DNA of 64,000 nt from NCBI GenBank assembly GCA_018650645.1, contig JABIFP010000020.1, forward strand, positions 8,385 through 72,384, in the 5' to 3' direction. The notes under the pieces are model-generated. The model searched no databases, had not been told where the DNA came from, and saw only the letters and a list, made by a program, of their open reading frames with translations. Of the stretch, positions 10,168-20,849 are shown piece after piece. The stretch's first letter is position 1, and each line of letters opens with the position of its first letter. The position numbers and the translations under genes are program-made. The DNA comes from Candidatus Magasanikiibacteriota bacterium (lineage in GTDB: Bacteria > Patescibacteriota > Patescibacteriia > Magasanikbacterales > UBA922).

Positions 10168-11289
10168 CTATAAAAACAGGAATAAAAGAACTCCAGAACC
10201 ACTAATACCCAGCGTCACTAAACTCAGCCCCGCAATAGCGGCCAAAATATATATACACGCGCGGCCAAGCTGAATCATGATTTCTCTCATAATGATATAT
10301 CCAGCAATATCAGTTTTGTTGGCACGCGTATAAGAAATAACTTCAGTTGGCAGAGTGAGTGTGGTCGTAGCAAGACCATGTGCTGAATCGACTGCATAAA
10401 CCTGTGCAGGTGTACCAACTAATAATCTCCCGATCCAAGTCAATACTGAGAATATTACCCCAAATCGCATTACACGCCGCGGATGCTTATCTGTTAACAT
10501 GCCCACAATCCAAGCCCCAAAGACAGACACAATTATTCCCAGTGAAACAATTGAACCGAGCGCGGTATAACTTGTCACGATTGTTAAGTATACAAACAGT
10601 GGCCAAAGCATTTGTGAACCTGATGCTTGTACTCCATATCCCCAAAAAGCAACTACTTCTCTTTTGAATTTAGGATCAATTTCAGAAAGCTTACAATGTT
10701 TCAGCGGCACCTTTCCATCCTTCGTGAGCAGAAGCGGTATACCAGAGAACACCAAAATCACACTCACCACCAAAAATGTAAATTTAAATCCAATCAACAC
10801 CAGTAAAATCCCCCCAAGGACGGGTCCCGCAGCATGAAAGATAGTAGAGATCACTTTTGCCATGCCTGCGGCCCTACCACTTTGAGTGTTTTTACTGAGT
10901 TTAGAAAAGTCTAGATGATAACCCGTATAATACAGTGCCGTCTGCAACCCACTTATAGCTGCCAATAGTGCTAAATTCAGTGGGGTCAAATCGATTAAGT
11001 ATAATAATATAAAAAATAACACAATAATTGGAGCTGATAGCACCATGCCATGCTTATATCCAAATCGACTACAGAAATGTGCGACAGGCAATACGCACGC
11101 CGCATGGACGAGATTCTTTATTGCAAAAAAGAGGAACACCCAGGTCAGCGTCATCCCCTGTTCTAAAAAGTATATAGGCAAAAAAACGGCAACAATTGAC
11201 AGCGCAAAGTTCCGAACTGCAATACTAATATAGAGCTCATCTAATTCTCTATTTTTAAACAGCCTAATTGTTTCAGAAGGATTCCACAT
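10168..11289 (-). CDS. MFS transporter
   Basis: ~12 TM, FLPIYF, SRFGYK loop, GPVLGG. Confidence 0.85.
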   Translation of the reverse strand: MWNPSETIRLFKNRELDELYISIAVRNFALSIVAVFLPIYFLEQGMTLTWVFLFFAIKNLVHAACVLPVAHFCSRFGYKHGMVLSAPIIVLFFILLYLIDLTPLNLALLAAISGLQTALYYTGYHLDFSKLSKNTQSGRAAGMAKVISTIFHAAGPVLGGILLVLIGFKFTFLVVSVILVFSGIPLLLTKDGKVPLKHCKLSEIDPKFKREVVAFWGYGVQASGSQMLWPLFVYLTIVTSYTALGSIVSLGIIVSVFGAWIVGMLTDKHPRRVMRFGVIFSVLTWIGRLLVGTPAQVYAVDSAHGLATTTLTLPTEVISYTRANKTDIAGYIIMREIMIQLGRACIYILAAIAGLSLVTLGISGSGVLLFLFL

Positions 11290-11291
11290 AG

Positions 11292-12284
11292 TTAGTGGGT
11301 CATTGTTTCTTTAGCAATATCCCAATACCGTGCATCGTCATGCTGCGTTCTCATAAATTGCCACCACTCTACTCCCCACAGGTACACCCGCTTTGCACCA
11401 ATTCTATTTGCATAATCGATGTGTTTTTGGAGTCTTTCAGGATTCATTGTAAGTTCCTGCTGCTCTATATCCGTGTTTGTCGGATTCCCGTCAGTAAACC
11501 AGGGTTCACCTTGCAGTTCTGCAATAAAGAAAGTTTCTTTATCAACCCCAGTCAAAAAAGCCTTCCAACGGTATACTGCTGGTGGTAGCCAATCATAATT
11601 AATAATTGTGCCGCCAGGAGTTCTTACAATGCGGTATAGTGTGGTACCAAAATAGTCACCAGCCTTAGCAGCTTTTCTCCAAAGCCCCAATTCCCCACTG
11701 TCAGTAACCAAAATTTTATGCTCTGTGTCTAAGGATTTTACTAGCTCGATTTCTTCATAAATGGCATCCTCAAGATATCCCTCACACTCACCAAACGTAA
11801 AATGAATGAACGCTTCATTTTCTATCTGCCAAAGTTCAAGTGCCTCATGCGTTTTATACCGCTCTACAACCGCTTCCACATAAGAAAGTAGATGCTCTTT
11901 TGAAACTTCTTGCCCATAGTCAAGCCACTGCGGCACATGACACTCTGGCCAGCGCGGTGCTTTTTGCCCAACTACCAACGTTACTTTTGTTCCATGTTTA
12001 GCAGCTTCATCCATCATAAAATCAACCTCAGAAAAATCATACACAAATTTTTCTGGCTCAACCTGCTTCCACATAGCTGCAATTCGCACATACTTTGGTG
12101 ACAGTTCCTCAAGCATCGCGGTATATGCCACTCGCCAATCTAATCCAAGAGAACCTGCGTATTCTTGTGAAAAACTAATCCCATATTCTGGCTCATAATC
12201 TTTACTACTGCGTGACCAAGCAAGGAGATACAGTGCCGCAAGGAGGAGTACTATTGCCCCCAAAATTTTTAGAAATAATTTCAT
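11292..12284 (-). CDS. Membrane-anchored clan GH-A glycoside hydrolase (GH42/GH5-like)
   Basis: W-QVEP...YDF, WQIENE acid/base motif, IAELQGEPW, YLWGVEWW. Confidence 0.7.
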   Translation of the reverse strand: MKLFLKILGAIVLLLAALYLLAWSRSSKDYEPEYGISFSQEYAGSLGLDWRVAYTAMLEELSPKYVRIAAMWKQVEPEKFVYDFSEVDFMMDEAAKHGTKVTLVVGQKAPRWPECHVPQWLDYGQEVSKEHLLSYVEAVVERYKTHEALELWQIENEAFIHFTFGECEGYLEDAIYEEIELVKSLDTEHKILVTDSGELGLWRKAAKAGDYFGTTLYRIVRTPGGTIINYDWLPPAVYRWKAFLTGVDKETFFIAELQGEPWFTDGNPTNTDIEQQELTMNPERLQKHIDYANRIGAKRVYLWGVEWWQFMRTQHDDARYWDIAKETMTH

Positions 12285-12285
12285 A

Positions 12286-13203
12286 TTACAATACAAATAA
12301 AGCTGATCCAATTACCACGAGTACTATTGCAAATGTCTGCACCCACAGTTCTCTTTTTGTAAAACACTCTTTGAAAATCTTTGGTGTAAATCTGCTTAGC
12401 AAATAAATCATCACAAACATAAGTGCATATTGCACGCCCGTCATTGCAAATACTGGTGTTGTTTTACCAAGCGAGCTAGCATATTGAACAAGTATTACGG
12501 CAACTACACCGATGACTTTATCTAGTGATATAATTGCAACCGTAGAAAGAGTCTGTCGCTCTTGCTTCTTGGTACGTTTTTTCTTTTTTCTTTTTTTAAA
12601 AGATGCACGAACAGACGGAGCAAGCAGTGCAAAAATTGCTACTAATCCAACAAACCCTCTTGTCCACACAAATCCGGTGAAAAAATCATATGCATCGTAT
12701 ACATATTTTGCGCTAACATGAGATAGCCCAAAGAGTACACCAGAAAGGATACCCCACAAAAACCCTTTATGAAATCCTGTGTGCTTTGCCGTTTTTTCAA
12801 ATGAAAGCAAGAATGCCGCAATAATCAAAATCGCCATTCCAAATACTTGCATTTGAGTAAGCGATTCACCAAGAAGCCATGATGAAAATCCAAAAGTAGC
12901 AATAGTCACAACTCCACCAATAAATGGATCTACATGGCTTGCCTCACCAAGCGATACGGCCTCATACATGGTCCACAGCGCAAATCCAAAGGATAACCCT
13001 GAAATAAGTGCCCAGAGCCAATCGATTCCTTGCAATAGCTGCGCGCCAAAGGGAAATGCCAAAAGCGCAGCAAACATAAAAATGGTTGAGTAAAATGCGT
13101 ACACTGCCGGTGTTGATACTGACTTTGTCAGAATCATCTTATCAAGAACAAACACGACCGCGAGTAAAAAATATCCGACAAGAGCAATCCAAAACCACAG
13201 CAT
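12286..13203 (-). CDS. EamA/DMT family transporter
   Basis: 10 TM, GEAS and LLGESL motifs. Confidence 0.8.
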   Translation of the reverse strand: MLWFWIALVGYFLLAVVFVLDKMILTKSVSTPAVYAFYSTIFMFAALLAFPFGAQLLQGIDWLWALISGLSFGFALWTMYEAVSLGEASHVDPFIGGVVTIATFGFSSWLLGESLTQMQVFGMAILIIAAFLLSFEKTAKHTGFHKGFLWGILSGVLFGLSHVSAKYVYDAYDFFTGFVWTRGFVGLVAIFALLAPSVRASFKKRKKKKRTKKQERQTLSTVAIISLDKVIGVVAVILVQYASSLGKTTPVFAMTGVQYALMFVMIYLLSRFTPKIFKECFTKRELWVQTFAIVLVVIGSALFVL

Positions 13204-13212
13204 ACGTGCAAA

Positions 13213-14577
13213 TTACAATAAATGACCTTCTTCAATTTCGCTTCGCTTTCCTTTTAGAACAATATCTTCTATATGATACGCACCATTTCTTGGCGCATCT
13301 AAATACCCTTCCATTGCCGCTTGCGCAAGCCAACCAGAATCCAGCCAGTCAAAAAGCCATTCATGCGTATATTTTGGATCCTCTTGCTCAACACCCGAGC
13401 CAATATCATGAAGCCACTCTCTGTTAAAATCTTCTTGAGAACCAATTGTTGGTGCCATAATAACCGGAATTCCAAGCGCACTATAAAATGATAGTTCACT
13501 TGGTTTAGTCCAAAGCAAATCCGTTGTTAACATGACTTGGTTAAACTTCTGGAAGTATGCGTATTTTGATTCATCATAAATAATGTTTACGCAACCACCA
13601 TGCGATTTTTCCAAGTGAAGTCGTTTCACTTCTTCTTGAAAGTATCGATATACATCTTGGCGTGAACCAGCAACGAGATTCAAAACAACTTCTTTCTTAT
13701 CAATTTTATCGTGAAGACTTTTTAAAATAGCAATTCCAAGATCTTTTTGCGCACCAGCCCCGCCAACGGCAAACGTAATGGTGAGTGGATGCTTGTACTT
13801 AGGCAAACATTTTTTGTTACCCAAATGATGCGCAATGGTATGATGATACTTTTTATGATACACACCTCTTGGATCAAGATTCTCTAATCTGCACCGCAAT
13901 GTTTCTTTTAAAATTTGTATTGTTTTTTGTGTACCAATATTCTCTTTTGGTAACGGAAACCCCGTCACAAAAATATTCGCTGCTTTTACTCCATAGAGCA
14001 TTAACCGCTCGCGAACACGCTTGTTTGGTGCAAGATACTTAATTTTACTTTTTTTAGGATCCAGAGGTGCCCAGGCTCTACTTATATCCGTATCGGTGCA
14101 AAGGCAATAGATCTCTCCTTTATACCCATGTACCTCTGCCATAAATGCGGTACTAAAAAAAGTAGTAACATATGGCAACGGATCGCTGTTTAGTTTTGTG
14201 ATCAAATCCTTTCCCCAGCCTTTCTGAATCATCTTATAAATCTGCGCGAGCTGCATGATGGGTTTTGAAAGATCTCTCCGGGGATAAAAAGCCTCTATAC
14301 GCTGCAAATAATTCATCAGTTTAAACGCATTTGTTCCAAGAAGTGGAATATTTTTGAATCGAGACACTGTTTCATATAACGAACGACCGCCTTCCCACTT
14401 TCTTCTGTCAGATCGAGGAATTCCTCCGTAGGTATTCGCACTAATAATATGAGACTCCCCCTCTGAAGGAATAAGCGCACAAGGTGATGCCATATCATGA
14501 AGTGGATATGATGCACGCTGATGGCCATAGCCCATATCCACCGTCACTACATACGCTTTTTTATTGTTTGGTTTCAT
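13213..14577 (-). CDS. GT-B glycosyltransferase-like protein (MGDG-synthase-like/DUF6938-like)
   Basis: DMGYGHQRA, VTGFP, LWTKPSE, GSQEDFN. Confidence 0.65.
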   Translation of the reverse strand: MKPNNKKAYVVTVDMGYGHQRASYPLHDMASPCALIPSEGESHIISANTYGGIPRSDRRKWEGGRSLYETVSRFKNIPLLGTNAFKLMNYLQRIEAFYPRRDLSKPIMQLAQIYKMIQKGWGKDLITKLNSDPLPYVTTFFSTAFMAEVHGYKGEIYCLCTDTDISRAWAPLDPKKSKIKYLAPNKRVRERLMLYGVKAANIFVTGFPLPKENIGTQKTIQILKETLRCRLENLDPRGVYHKKYHHTIAHHLGNKKCLPKYKHPLTITFAVGGAGAQKDLGIAILKSLHDKIDKKEVVLNLVAGSRQDVYRYFQEEVKRLHLEKSHGGCVNIIYDESKYAYFQKFNQVMLTTDLLWTKPSELSFYSALGIPVIMAPTIGSQEDFNREWLHDIGSGVEQEDPKYTHEWLFDWLDSGWLAQAAMEGYLDAPRNGAYHIEDIVLKGKRSEIEEGHLL

Positions 14578-14594
14578 ATGACAGGCAGTTAGAC

Positions 14595-16226
14595 TTAGGT
14601 AATGGCCGCTTTGATAAATGCAGCAAATAATGGATGCGGTGACATTGGGCGAGATTTAAACTCTGGATGGAATTGCACACCAACAAAGAATGGATGCTTT
14701 TCAAGCTCTACAATCTCAACCAAATCTTCTTTTTTGTTTACACCCGAAATTTTCAGTCCAGCCTTATCGATTTGCTCTTTGTAATCATTGTTAAATTCGT
14801 ATCGGTGTCTATGTCTTTCTGAAATCGCGTTTTGTCCATATGCTTTTTTAGCAACAGACCCTTTTTTCAAATCACAATCGTACGCTCCTAATCTCATTGT
14901 ACCACCATATCTATCATTTGTAATATTCTTACGCTGATTTGGATTTACGTGAATCACAGGATGTACCGTTGCATCATCTACTTCAACTGTATGCGCTTCA
15001 GGTTTTTTTAGCACATTTCTTACAAATTCAATACACGCTAATTGCATGCCATAACAAATTCCCAAATACGGAATATTTTTTTCACGTGCGTATTTTATTG
15101 TTGAAATAATTCCTTCAATCCCTCTGGTTCCAAATCCACCTGGCACTAAAATACCATCATAGTCTGAAAGTGTTTTCAATTTGGCTGGATTATTTTCAAA
15201 ATCCTCTGAATCAATCCAAACTAATTTTGGTTTTGCGCCATTTGCCCATGATGCATGCTTCAGCGCTTCAATAACAGAGATATAACTGTCTGAAAGTGTA
15301 TATTCGCCGGTACCAAAGTATTTTCCAACCACTCCAATTTTCACTTCCTTTTTTGCACTTGAAATCTTTTTATTCAGTTTTAGCCATGGAGTTAAGTCTG
15401 ATTTCCTGCTACTCATGCCGAGTAGCTTTAAAAGCTTATTTCCGATTTGCTGATCATCCATCTTTTGAGGAATCTCATAGATAGACTCAACATCAGGAGC
15501 CGAAATACACATTTCTTTTGATACTCCACAAAATCTTGCTAATTTTTCTCTTCTTGGTGTATCTAGCTCATATTCTCCTCTGGCTACAATCATGTCTGCA
15601 TTAATACCTGTGTGATTTAATGCGCGCGCAGCATGTTGTGTTGGCTTTGTTTTCATTTCACCGATATGTTTTGGAACTGGTAAATAACTAACCAAAACAA
15701 CCGCAACATCTTGCGGGTTCTTTAACTTGAGTTCTCTGATTGCCTCAAGAAACAAAATATTTTCGTACTCACCTACTGTTCCTCCAATTTCCATGATGGT
15801 AATATCCGCATCATGCAATTTTCTTGCAACGTTAATGCGTCTAATGATCTCTTCAGGAATATGTGGCACAACCTGCACACATCTTCCTTTATATTTCATT
15901 GACCGCTCATTTTCAATGACACTCTGATATACACGCCCTGTTGTCATGTAATTGGTGCTGGTCAAATCGATTTCTAAAAAGCGTTCATAATTCCCCATGT
16001 CTTGATCCGTCTCGTCTCCGTCATCAGTTACAAATACCTCTCCGTGTTCAATCGGATTCATGGTACCAGCATCGACGTTTACATACGGATCAGCTTTCAA
16101 TGCCGTAGCTTTATATCCCTTTGATCTCATGATGGCCCCAATCGAGGCGCTGGTTACTCCTTTTCCCACTCCACTTAGTACTCCCCCCACAACAAAGATA
16201 AACTTTGGGCGCAATTTTTTTGCCAT
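14595..16226 (-). CDS. pyrG: CTP synthase
   Basis: GGVLSGVGKG, DPYVNVDAGTMNP, GICYGMQ, QFHPEF. Confidence 0.98.
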   Translation of the reverse strand: MAKKLRPKFIFVVGGVLSGVGKGVTSASIGAIMRSKGYKATALKADPYVNVDAGTMNPIEHGEVFVTDDGDETDQDMGNYERFLEIDLTSTNYMTTGRVYQSVIENERSMKYKGRCVQVVPHIPEEIIRRINVARKLHDADITIMEIGGTVGEYENILFLEAIRELKLKNPQDVAVVLVSYLPVPKHIGEMKTKPTQHAARALNHTGINADMIVARGEYELDTPRREKLARFCGVSKEMCISAPDVESIYEIPQKMDDQQIGNKLLKLLGMSSRKSDLTPWLKLNKKISSAKKEVKIGVVGKYFGTGEYTLSDSYISVIEALKHASWANGAKPKLVWIDSEDFENNPAKLKTLSDYDGILVPGGFGTRGIEGIISTIKYAREKNIPYLGICYGMQLACIEFVRNVLKKPEAHTVEVDDATVHPVIHVNPNQRKNITNDRYGGTMRLGAYDCDLKKGSVAKKAYGQNAISERHRHRYEFNNDYKEQIDKAGLKISGVNKKEDLVEIVELEKHPFFVGVQFHPEFKSRPMSPHPLFAAFIKAAIT

Positions 16227-16338
16227 ACATCAGGTTTAGACAAGATTATACTGACAAGAGTATAGCACATTGAACAAATTCTGTTTATGGAAAAGCCCGG
16301 CTCTGAAGCCGGGCTGTGTGGGGCGCCTGCGCGCGCGT

Positions 16339-16479
16339 TCATTGTTTGAACGCGTACGCAATTGAGAACGCGGCCATCGCCACGAAGATGACAGGGAACC
16401 AGACAAACCGGTACTTGTCGACCGGGTCAATCACCCAGTGATCGAACCATGTTTTCGGATTTGGACGCTTATTTTCCAC
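16339..16479 (-). CDS. Small single-TM orphan protein (46 aa, GTG start)
   Basis: SD AAGGGAGG before GTG; C-terminal TM; terminator AGCCCGGC/GCCGGGCT downstream. Confidence 0.6.
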   Translation of the reverse strand: MENKRPNPKTWFDHWVIDPVDKYRFVWFPVIFVAMAAFSIAYAFKQ

Positions 16480-16527
16480 AGATCCTCCCTTATGTGGTAC
16501 AGCAGTAATATCACATCTACAAAAAAA

Positions 16528-16710
16528 TGCAACCCTATTCCTTATCTCATCCTGAACAACCACAACTGAAAGTTTGGGGCGTTGAAGGATCCTTCGATGC
16601 CCCGGCTGCGCCGAGGTTACTCTGGATGACATTTTTTCTTGCGACCTGCCTAACGGCCTGGCTACCTGCAAACGGCAGGCAGGCTCTGAATGGTCCAGTT
16701 TGCAACCCTA
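16528..16710. repeat. REP-like palindromic element flanked by 10-bp direct repeat
   Basis: TGCAACCCTA at 16528-16537 and 16701-16710; TCATCC...GAAGGATCCTTC...GGATGA long hairpin; CCTGCC/GGCAGG palindrome. Confidence 0.6.
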
Positions 16711-17148
16711 CGCCGAAACGGTCACCTTCACAGCAACCCGCACACCACTACTCAAAACAAGAGTCGGTTTATACGATCCGACCTCTTTCATACCACCTAC
16801 CGACTCAACTTTTTTAATAGTCACGCTCCCAAGCGTATCAGCAAGGGCTGCCTGCAGATCTGATGCCGTTATAGCAGCATACAGCTTTCCACCCTCATTT
16901 GCCGTCCTCTGGAGCTTCACATGCACTGAAGCTAGCCGTTTTTCCACAGTTTTCTTCTCTTTTGACTGCCGTTTCTTCAGTTTTTCTTGCTTTTGCTTCA
17001 TTGCGGCAATTTTAGCCACTTTTCGGGCTGCTGCGACCGTAGCGAGGCCCTTTTTTATCAAAAAATTGTTCGCATATCCGTCAGATACATCGATTACCTC
17101 CCCCTTCTTTCCTTTTCCAGCCACATCGGCCAATAAAATTACTTGCAT
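16708..17148 (-). CDS. rplI: 50S ribosomal protein L9
   Basis: [31 protein letters not shown]. Confidence 0.95.
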   Translation of the reverse strand: MQVILLADVAGKGKKGEVIDVSDGYANNFLIKKGLATVAAARKVAKIAAMKQKQEKLKKRQSKEKKTVEKRLASVHVKLQRTANEGGKLYAAITASDLQAALADTLGSVTIKKVESVGGMKEVGSYKPTLVLSSGVRVAVKVTVSA

Positions 17149-17209
17149 AGACACTTGATTTAATTCGAGTTTTAGGCTATATTAAGCGCATTCAACCAAT
17201 CATCACATT

Positions 17210-18076
17210 ATGAAATCAGGTCTTGTTGTCCTTGTTGGACGATCAAATGTCGGAAAATCGACACTCATGAACACGTTAGTCGGCACAAAAATTGCTGCCA
17301 CTTCTTTTCGGGCGCAATTAACCCGTCACATTATCCATGGTGTCATGAATAATCCAGAAGGGCAAGCAGTCTTTGTTGACACCCCCGGTATTTTCAAAGA
17401 TAAACGAAGCGAGCTGACTGCAAAATTAACACGAAAAGCGCAAGCAGCTGTTGTTGATATTGATGTCATTGTATACGTCGTAGACCCAACCCGTGAAATT
17501 GGTACAGAGGAGCGAGCGGTATTTGGTATGATCCGATACATTAATAAACCAAAAATCATGGTTATTAATAAATCAGATCTTCATTATGATGATAAAAAAC
17601 ACTACGCAGAATATGAAAAGTGGGCTGATGAGTTTGATGAAGTGTTCCACTTGTCTGCTCTTAAAGGATCTCACATTACCCCACTCAAAAATGCCGTCAT
17701 CGATTTTCTTCCAGAAGGTGAACAGCTGTATCCAGACGATCAGCTGACAAATATTGATAACTATTTCTGGATTGCTGAACTTATCCGTGAAAAAATCTTT
17801 AGTGTATTAGACAAAGAACTTCCATACTCAGTATCTGTAGAGGTAGACAATGTAGAAGATAAACCAGAACGAGATGGAAAACCACGCACAATGGTCATTA
17901 AAGCGCGCATCCTTACAGATGAAGAGCGCTACAAAAAGATGATTATTGGAAAACGTGGAATGAAGATTAAAGAAATTGGACTTATCTCTAGAAAAGAATT
18001 AGAGCAATCAACCGGCACAAAAGTATATCTAGAATTGGAAGTAGAAGTTGATAAGCATTGGGTAGAACGATTGTAA
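17210..18076 (+). CDS. era: GTPase Era
   Basis: GRSNVGKST, DTPG, NKSD, KH domain IIGKRG. Confidence 0.96.
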   Translation: MKSGLVVLVGRSNVGKSTLMNTLVGTKIAATSFRAQLTRHIIHGVMNNPEGQAVFVDTPGIFKDKRSELTAKLTRKAQAAVVDIDVIVYVVDPTREIGTEERAVFGMIRYINKPKIMVINKSDLHYDDKKHYAEYEKWADEFDEVFHLSALKGSHITPLKNAVIDFLPEGEQLYPDDQLTNIDNYFWIAELIREKIFSVLDKELPYSVSVEVDNVEDKPERDGKPRTMVIKARILTDEERYKKMIIGKRGMKIKEIGLISRKELEQSTGTKVYLELEVEVDKHWVERL

Positions 18077-18154
18077 CAAAAAATGAAAGCCGCATCATGC
18101 GGCTTTTTGAATACCACAGACTTATGATACCCTACCTGCACTTAACTATAGTAT

Positions 18155-18835
18155 ATGAGTCAGGAACCCTTTGGAGGAGATAAAAAAGTTGGCCCAGCAT
18201 CAATTTTTGGACCACTTGAACGACGTGCAATCGACTGGACAGTTCCAAAACTCCCAAAATGGATGACAAGCGCAAGACTGACCATGACCACCGTGCTTTG
18301 GAGCCTTATGATAGTATTAGGAAGTTTCCTTGCCGAGCATATGAATATTCATTGGTTGTGGCTTGTTTCAGCAACGATTCTTATGCAATATATAACAGAT
18401 TCATTAGACGGCTCATTGGGAAAATATAGAGGAGAAGGTCTTGTGAGATGGGGTTACTATATGGATCATTTTTTGGATTATATATTCCTCTGTTCGATTA
18501 TTGTTGGATACGGCTTTTTCCTTCCTGATGATCAGAAATATTTATTATTTTTTGTTTTTGCCCTGCTCACAGCATTTATGGTTAACGCCTTCCTAGCAAT
18601 GGCAGCAACAAATAAATTTAGAATCACGCACATGGGCATTGGGCCAACAGAAATTCGATTGCTATTCATTGTTATCAATACCCTTATCATGTTATTTGGA
18701 AAAACGCATGTCGCCTTCTTACTTCCATATGTATTAGGACTTTCTTTGCTTGGACTTTTGTATCTTGTCTACACCACGCAAAAAGAAATATGGGCAATGG
18801 ATATGCAGGTGCTTAAAACAAAAAAAGACCTCTAA
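18155..18835 (+). CDS. CDP-alcohol phosphatidyltransferase family protein
   Basis: DSLDGSLGKYR...GYYMDHFLD motif; GPTEIR. Confidence 0.85.
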   Translation: MSQEPFGGDKKVGPASIFGPLERRAIDWTVPKLPKWMTSARLTMTTVLWSLMIVLGSFLAEHMNIHWLWLVSATILMQYITDSLDGSLGKYRGEGLVRWGYYMDHFLDYIFLCSIIVGYGFFLPDDQKYLLFFVFALLTAFMVNAFLAMAATNKFRITHMGIGPTEIRLLFIVINTLIMLFGKTHVAFLLPYVLGLSLLGLLYLVYTTQKEIWAMDMQVLKTKKDL

Positions 18836-18891
18836 AGTCTCCTGAGCAGGTGGGTTTCCCCACCTGCTCTTTGGTTGCTGCATGTGTTCAC

Positions 18892-19425
18892 TCAATGGCG
18901 GAGCCCCGAAATTGGCCGCATGGTCTTGTTCACCGGATCGATGATCCACCCCGTAGCAAAAGGGAGCGTCTCTTCGAACCGGATGTCTTGCGGCATATTC
19001 AAGGCACGAAGCATGTAAATGATGAGCCACGCGCCGATGCTTCCGTGCATCACGAGTACCCGCAGACACTGGTGGGACTGCGAATCAGCAACGAAGCTCT
19101 TTGCATAGCGCTTCAGCAACTCATTGCTGGGCCCATCACCCGATGTCTCGTTCAACTGAGCATCAGCTGAGCAAGCTGGAGTTCCCTCAAGCGCAGACGC
19201 AAGTGCGTTCCGGCTGTGGAGCACATGCGGTGTGCTTGCCGACATCAGCATGATCTCATTGCATCTGCCCAGCTGCTCTGAAATACATACCCCGAGATTG
19301 CGCATCTGCTCCTCCCCCGCAGGAAGCAGATGGCAATTAATGTCCCGCGCGCCATGCCGCACCACTATAATGCAGCCCTTCAGGCTTTGCCCAGCCTGAG
19401 TATTAATCTCCTGTTCAGCAACCAT
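18892..19425 (-). CDS. Histidine phosphatase superfamily protein (SixA-like)
   Basis: IIVVRHG near N terminus, LVMHG second His; SD GGGAGG. Confidence 0.7.
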   Translation of the reverse strand: MVAEQEINTQAGQSLKGCIIVVRHGARDINCHLLPAGEEQMRNLGVCISEQLGRCNEIMLMSASTPHVLHSRNALASALEGTPACSADAQLNETSGDGPSNELLKRYAKSFVADSQSHQCLRVLVMHGSIGAWLIIYMLRALNMPQDIRFEETLPFATGWIIDPVNKTMRPISGLRH

Positions 19426-19477
19426 TGAACCCTCCCGTTGATGTGTGCTATCTTAACTTTACTTATGAATAGAAAAC

Positions 19478-20848
19478 ATGTCAAATATGATTCACCTATA
19501 TAATAGCTTAAGTAAGCAAAAAATCGCTTTTACTCCCCTTCATGCTGATGAGGTTGGCCTGTATAGCTGCGGCCCTACGGTCTACCACTATGCTCATATT
19601 GGGAACCTCAGATCGTATATATTTCAGGATGTGTTGAAACGTACACTCAGAGCAAATGGGTACAAAGTGCGCCATGTCATGAATATTACTGATGTTGGCC
19701 ATCTCACTGATGACGGCGATGATGGAGAAGATAAAATGGAAAAAGGTTCGGCCAGAGAAGGAAAAACCGCCTGGGATGTTGCGCAGTTTTACACTGATGC
19801 ATTTTATGCTGATATTGCACAATTGAATATTATTGAACCAACAATTTGGTCTAAAGCAACTGATCACATTCCCGAGCAGATTGCGATGGTAGAAAAGCTC
19901 ACTGAAAAAGGACATACCTACCAAACAGAGGACGGTATTTATTTTGACACCACATCGATTGATGATTACGGAAAGTTAGTTGATGTAGATAAACAGGAGT
20001 TGCAAGCTGGCGTACGCGTTGACATGGGAGGAAAAAAGAATCCGCATGATTTTGCACTCTGGAAATTTACTCGAGCAGGAGAAACCCGACAGATGGAATG
20101 GGATGCGTTTATGAGAAAAGGATTTCCCGGTTGGCACATTGAATGTAGTGCCATGGCGCAAAAGTATTTAGGCGATCAGTTTGATATTCACTGCGGTGGA
20201 ATTGATCATAAACCTGTACACCACACAAATGAAATTGCACAAACTGAAGCTTCAACTGGCAAAAAACCGTCAGTGCAGGTTTGGATGCATAATGAATTTT
20301 TAGTGCTTCAAGGCGAAGAAAAAATGTCGAAATCTGGTGATAATTTTATGACACTTTCAAAGATTACGGAAGATGGCATTCCTCCACTGGCGTATCGATA
20401 TTATTTGCTCCAGGCACATTATAGAAAGCAACTTGCCTATTCAACAGAAGCATTGCAGGGAGCAGCGCAAGGACTAAAAACGCTGAAGCGTCTTGTTGCG
20501 GCGATTCCTGACCGTTCCCCAGGCGATTTAACTGTTACTGAAGCGTTTATGCAAGCTGTGAATGATGATCTCAATACTCCAGAGGCACTTGCAGTCCTTT
20601 TTACGGCATTAAAGCGGGGATCAGTGAGCAAAGAGCAAGTCATGCAGTTTGATAAAATATTGGGACTTGATTTGTTAAAGCAATCGATTGTTAATATTCC
20701 CGATGACGTGCAAGTACTTGTAGATAAGCGAGCTGCCGCAAGAACAAAAAAAGACTTCGCTCTCTCTGACGCACTTAGAGATGAAATTGCAACTCACGGA
20801 TTTTCTGTGAAAGATGGAAGTAACGGCCAAGAAATAACACCTGCATAA
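19478..20848 (+). CDS. cysS: Cysteine--tRNA ligase
   Basis: CGPTVY, HIGN, PGWHIECSAM, KMSKS. Confidence 0.98.
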   Translation: MSNMIHLYNSLSKQKIAFTPLHADEVGLYSCGPTVYHYAHIGNLRSYIFQDVLKRTLRANGYKVRHVMNITDVGHLTDDGDDGEDKMEKGSAREGKTAWDVAQFYTDAFYADIAQLNIIEPTIWSKATDHIPEQIAMVEKLTEKGHTYQTEDGIYFDTTSIDDYGKLVDVDKQELQAGVRVDMGGKKNPHDFALWKFTRAGETRQMEWDAFMRKGFPGWHIECSAMAQKYLGDQFDIHCGGIDHKPVHHTNEIAQTEASTGKKPSVQVWMHNEFLVLQGEEKMSKSGDNFMTLSKITEDGIPPLAYRYYLLQAHYRKQLAYSTEALQGAAQGLKTLKRLVAAIPDRSPGDLTVTEAFMQAVNDDLNTPEALAVLFTALKRGSVSKEQVMQFDKILGLDLLKQSIVNIPDDVQVLVDKRAAARTKKDFALSDALRDEIATHGFSVKDGSNGQEITPA

Positions 20849-20849
20849 T

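Noticed and set aside
16540-16632. TCATCCAGAG...GGATGAG on minus strand resembling a SAM-I riboswitch P1, or a 6S/SRP RNA
   Set aside because: Lacks the SAM-I kink-turn and GCAACC/GGTGC core and the SRP loop motif; better explained as a REP-like palindrome.
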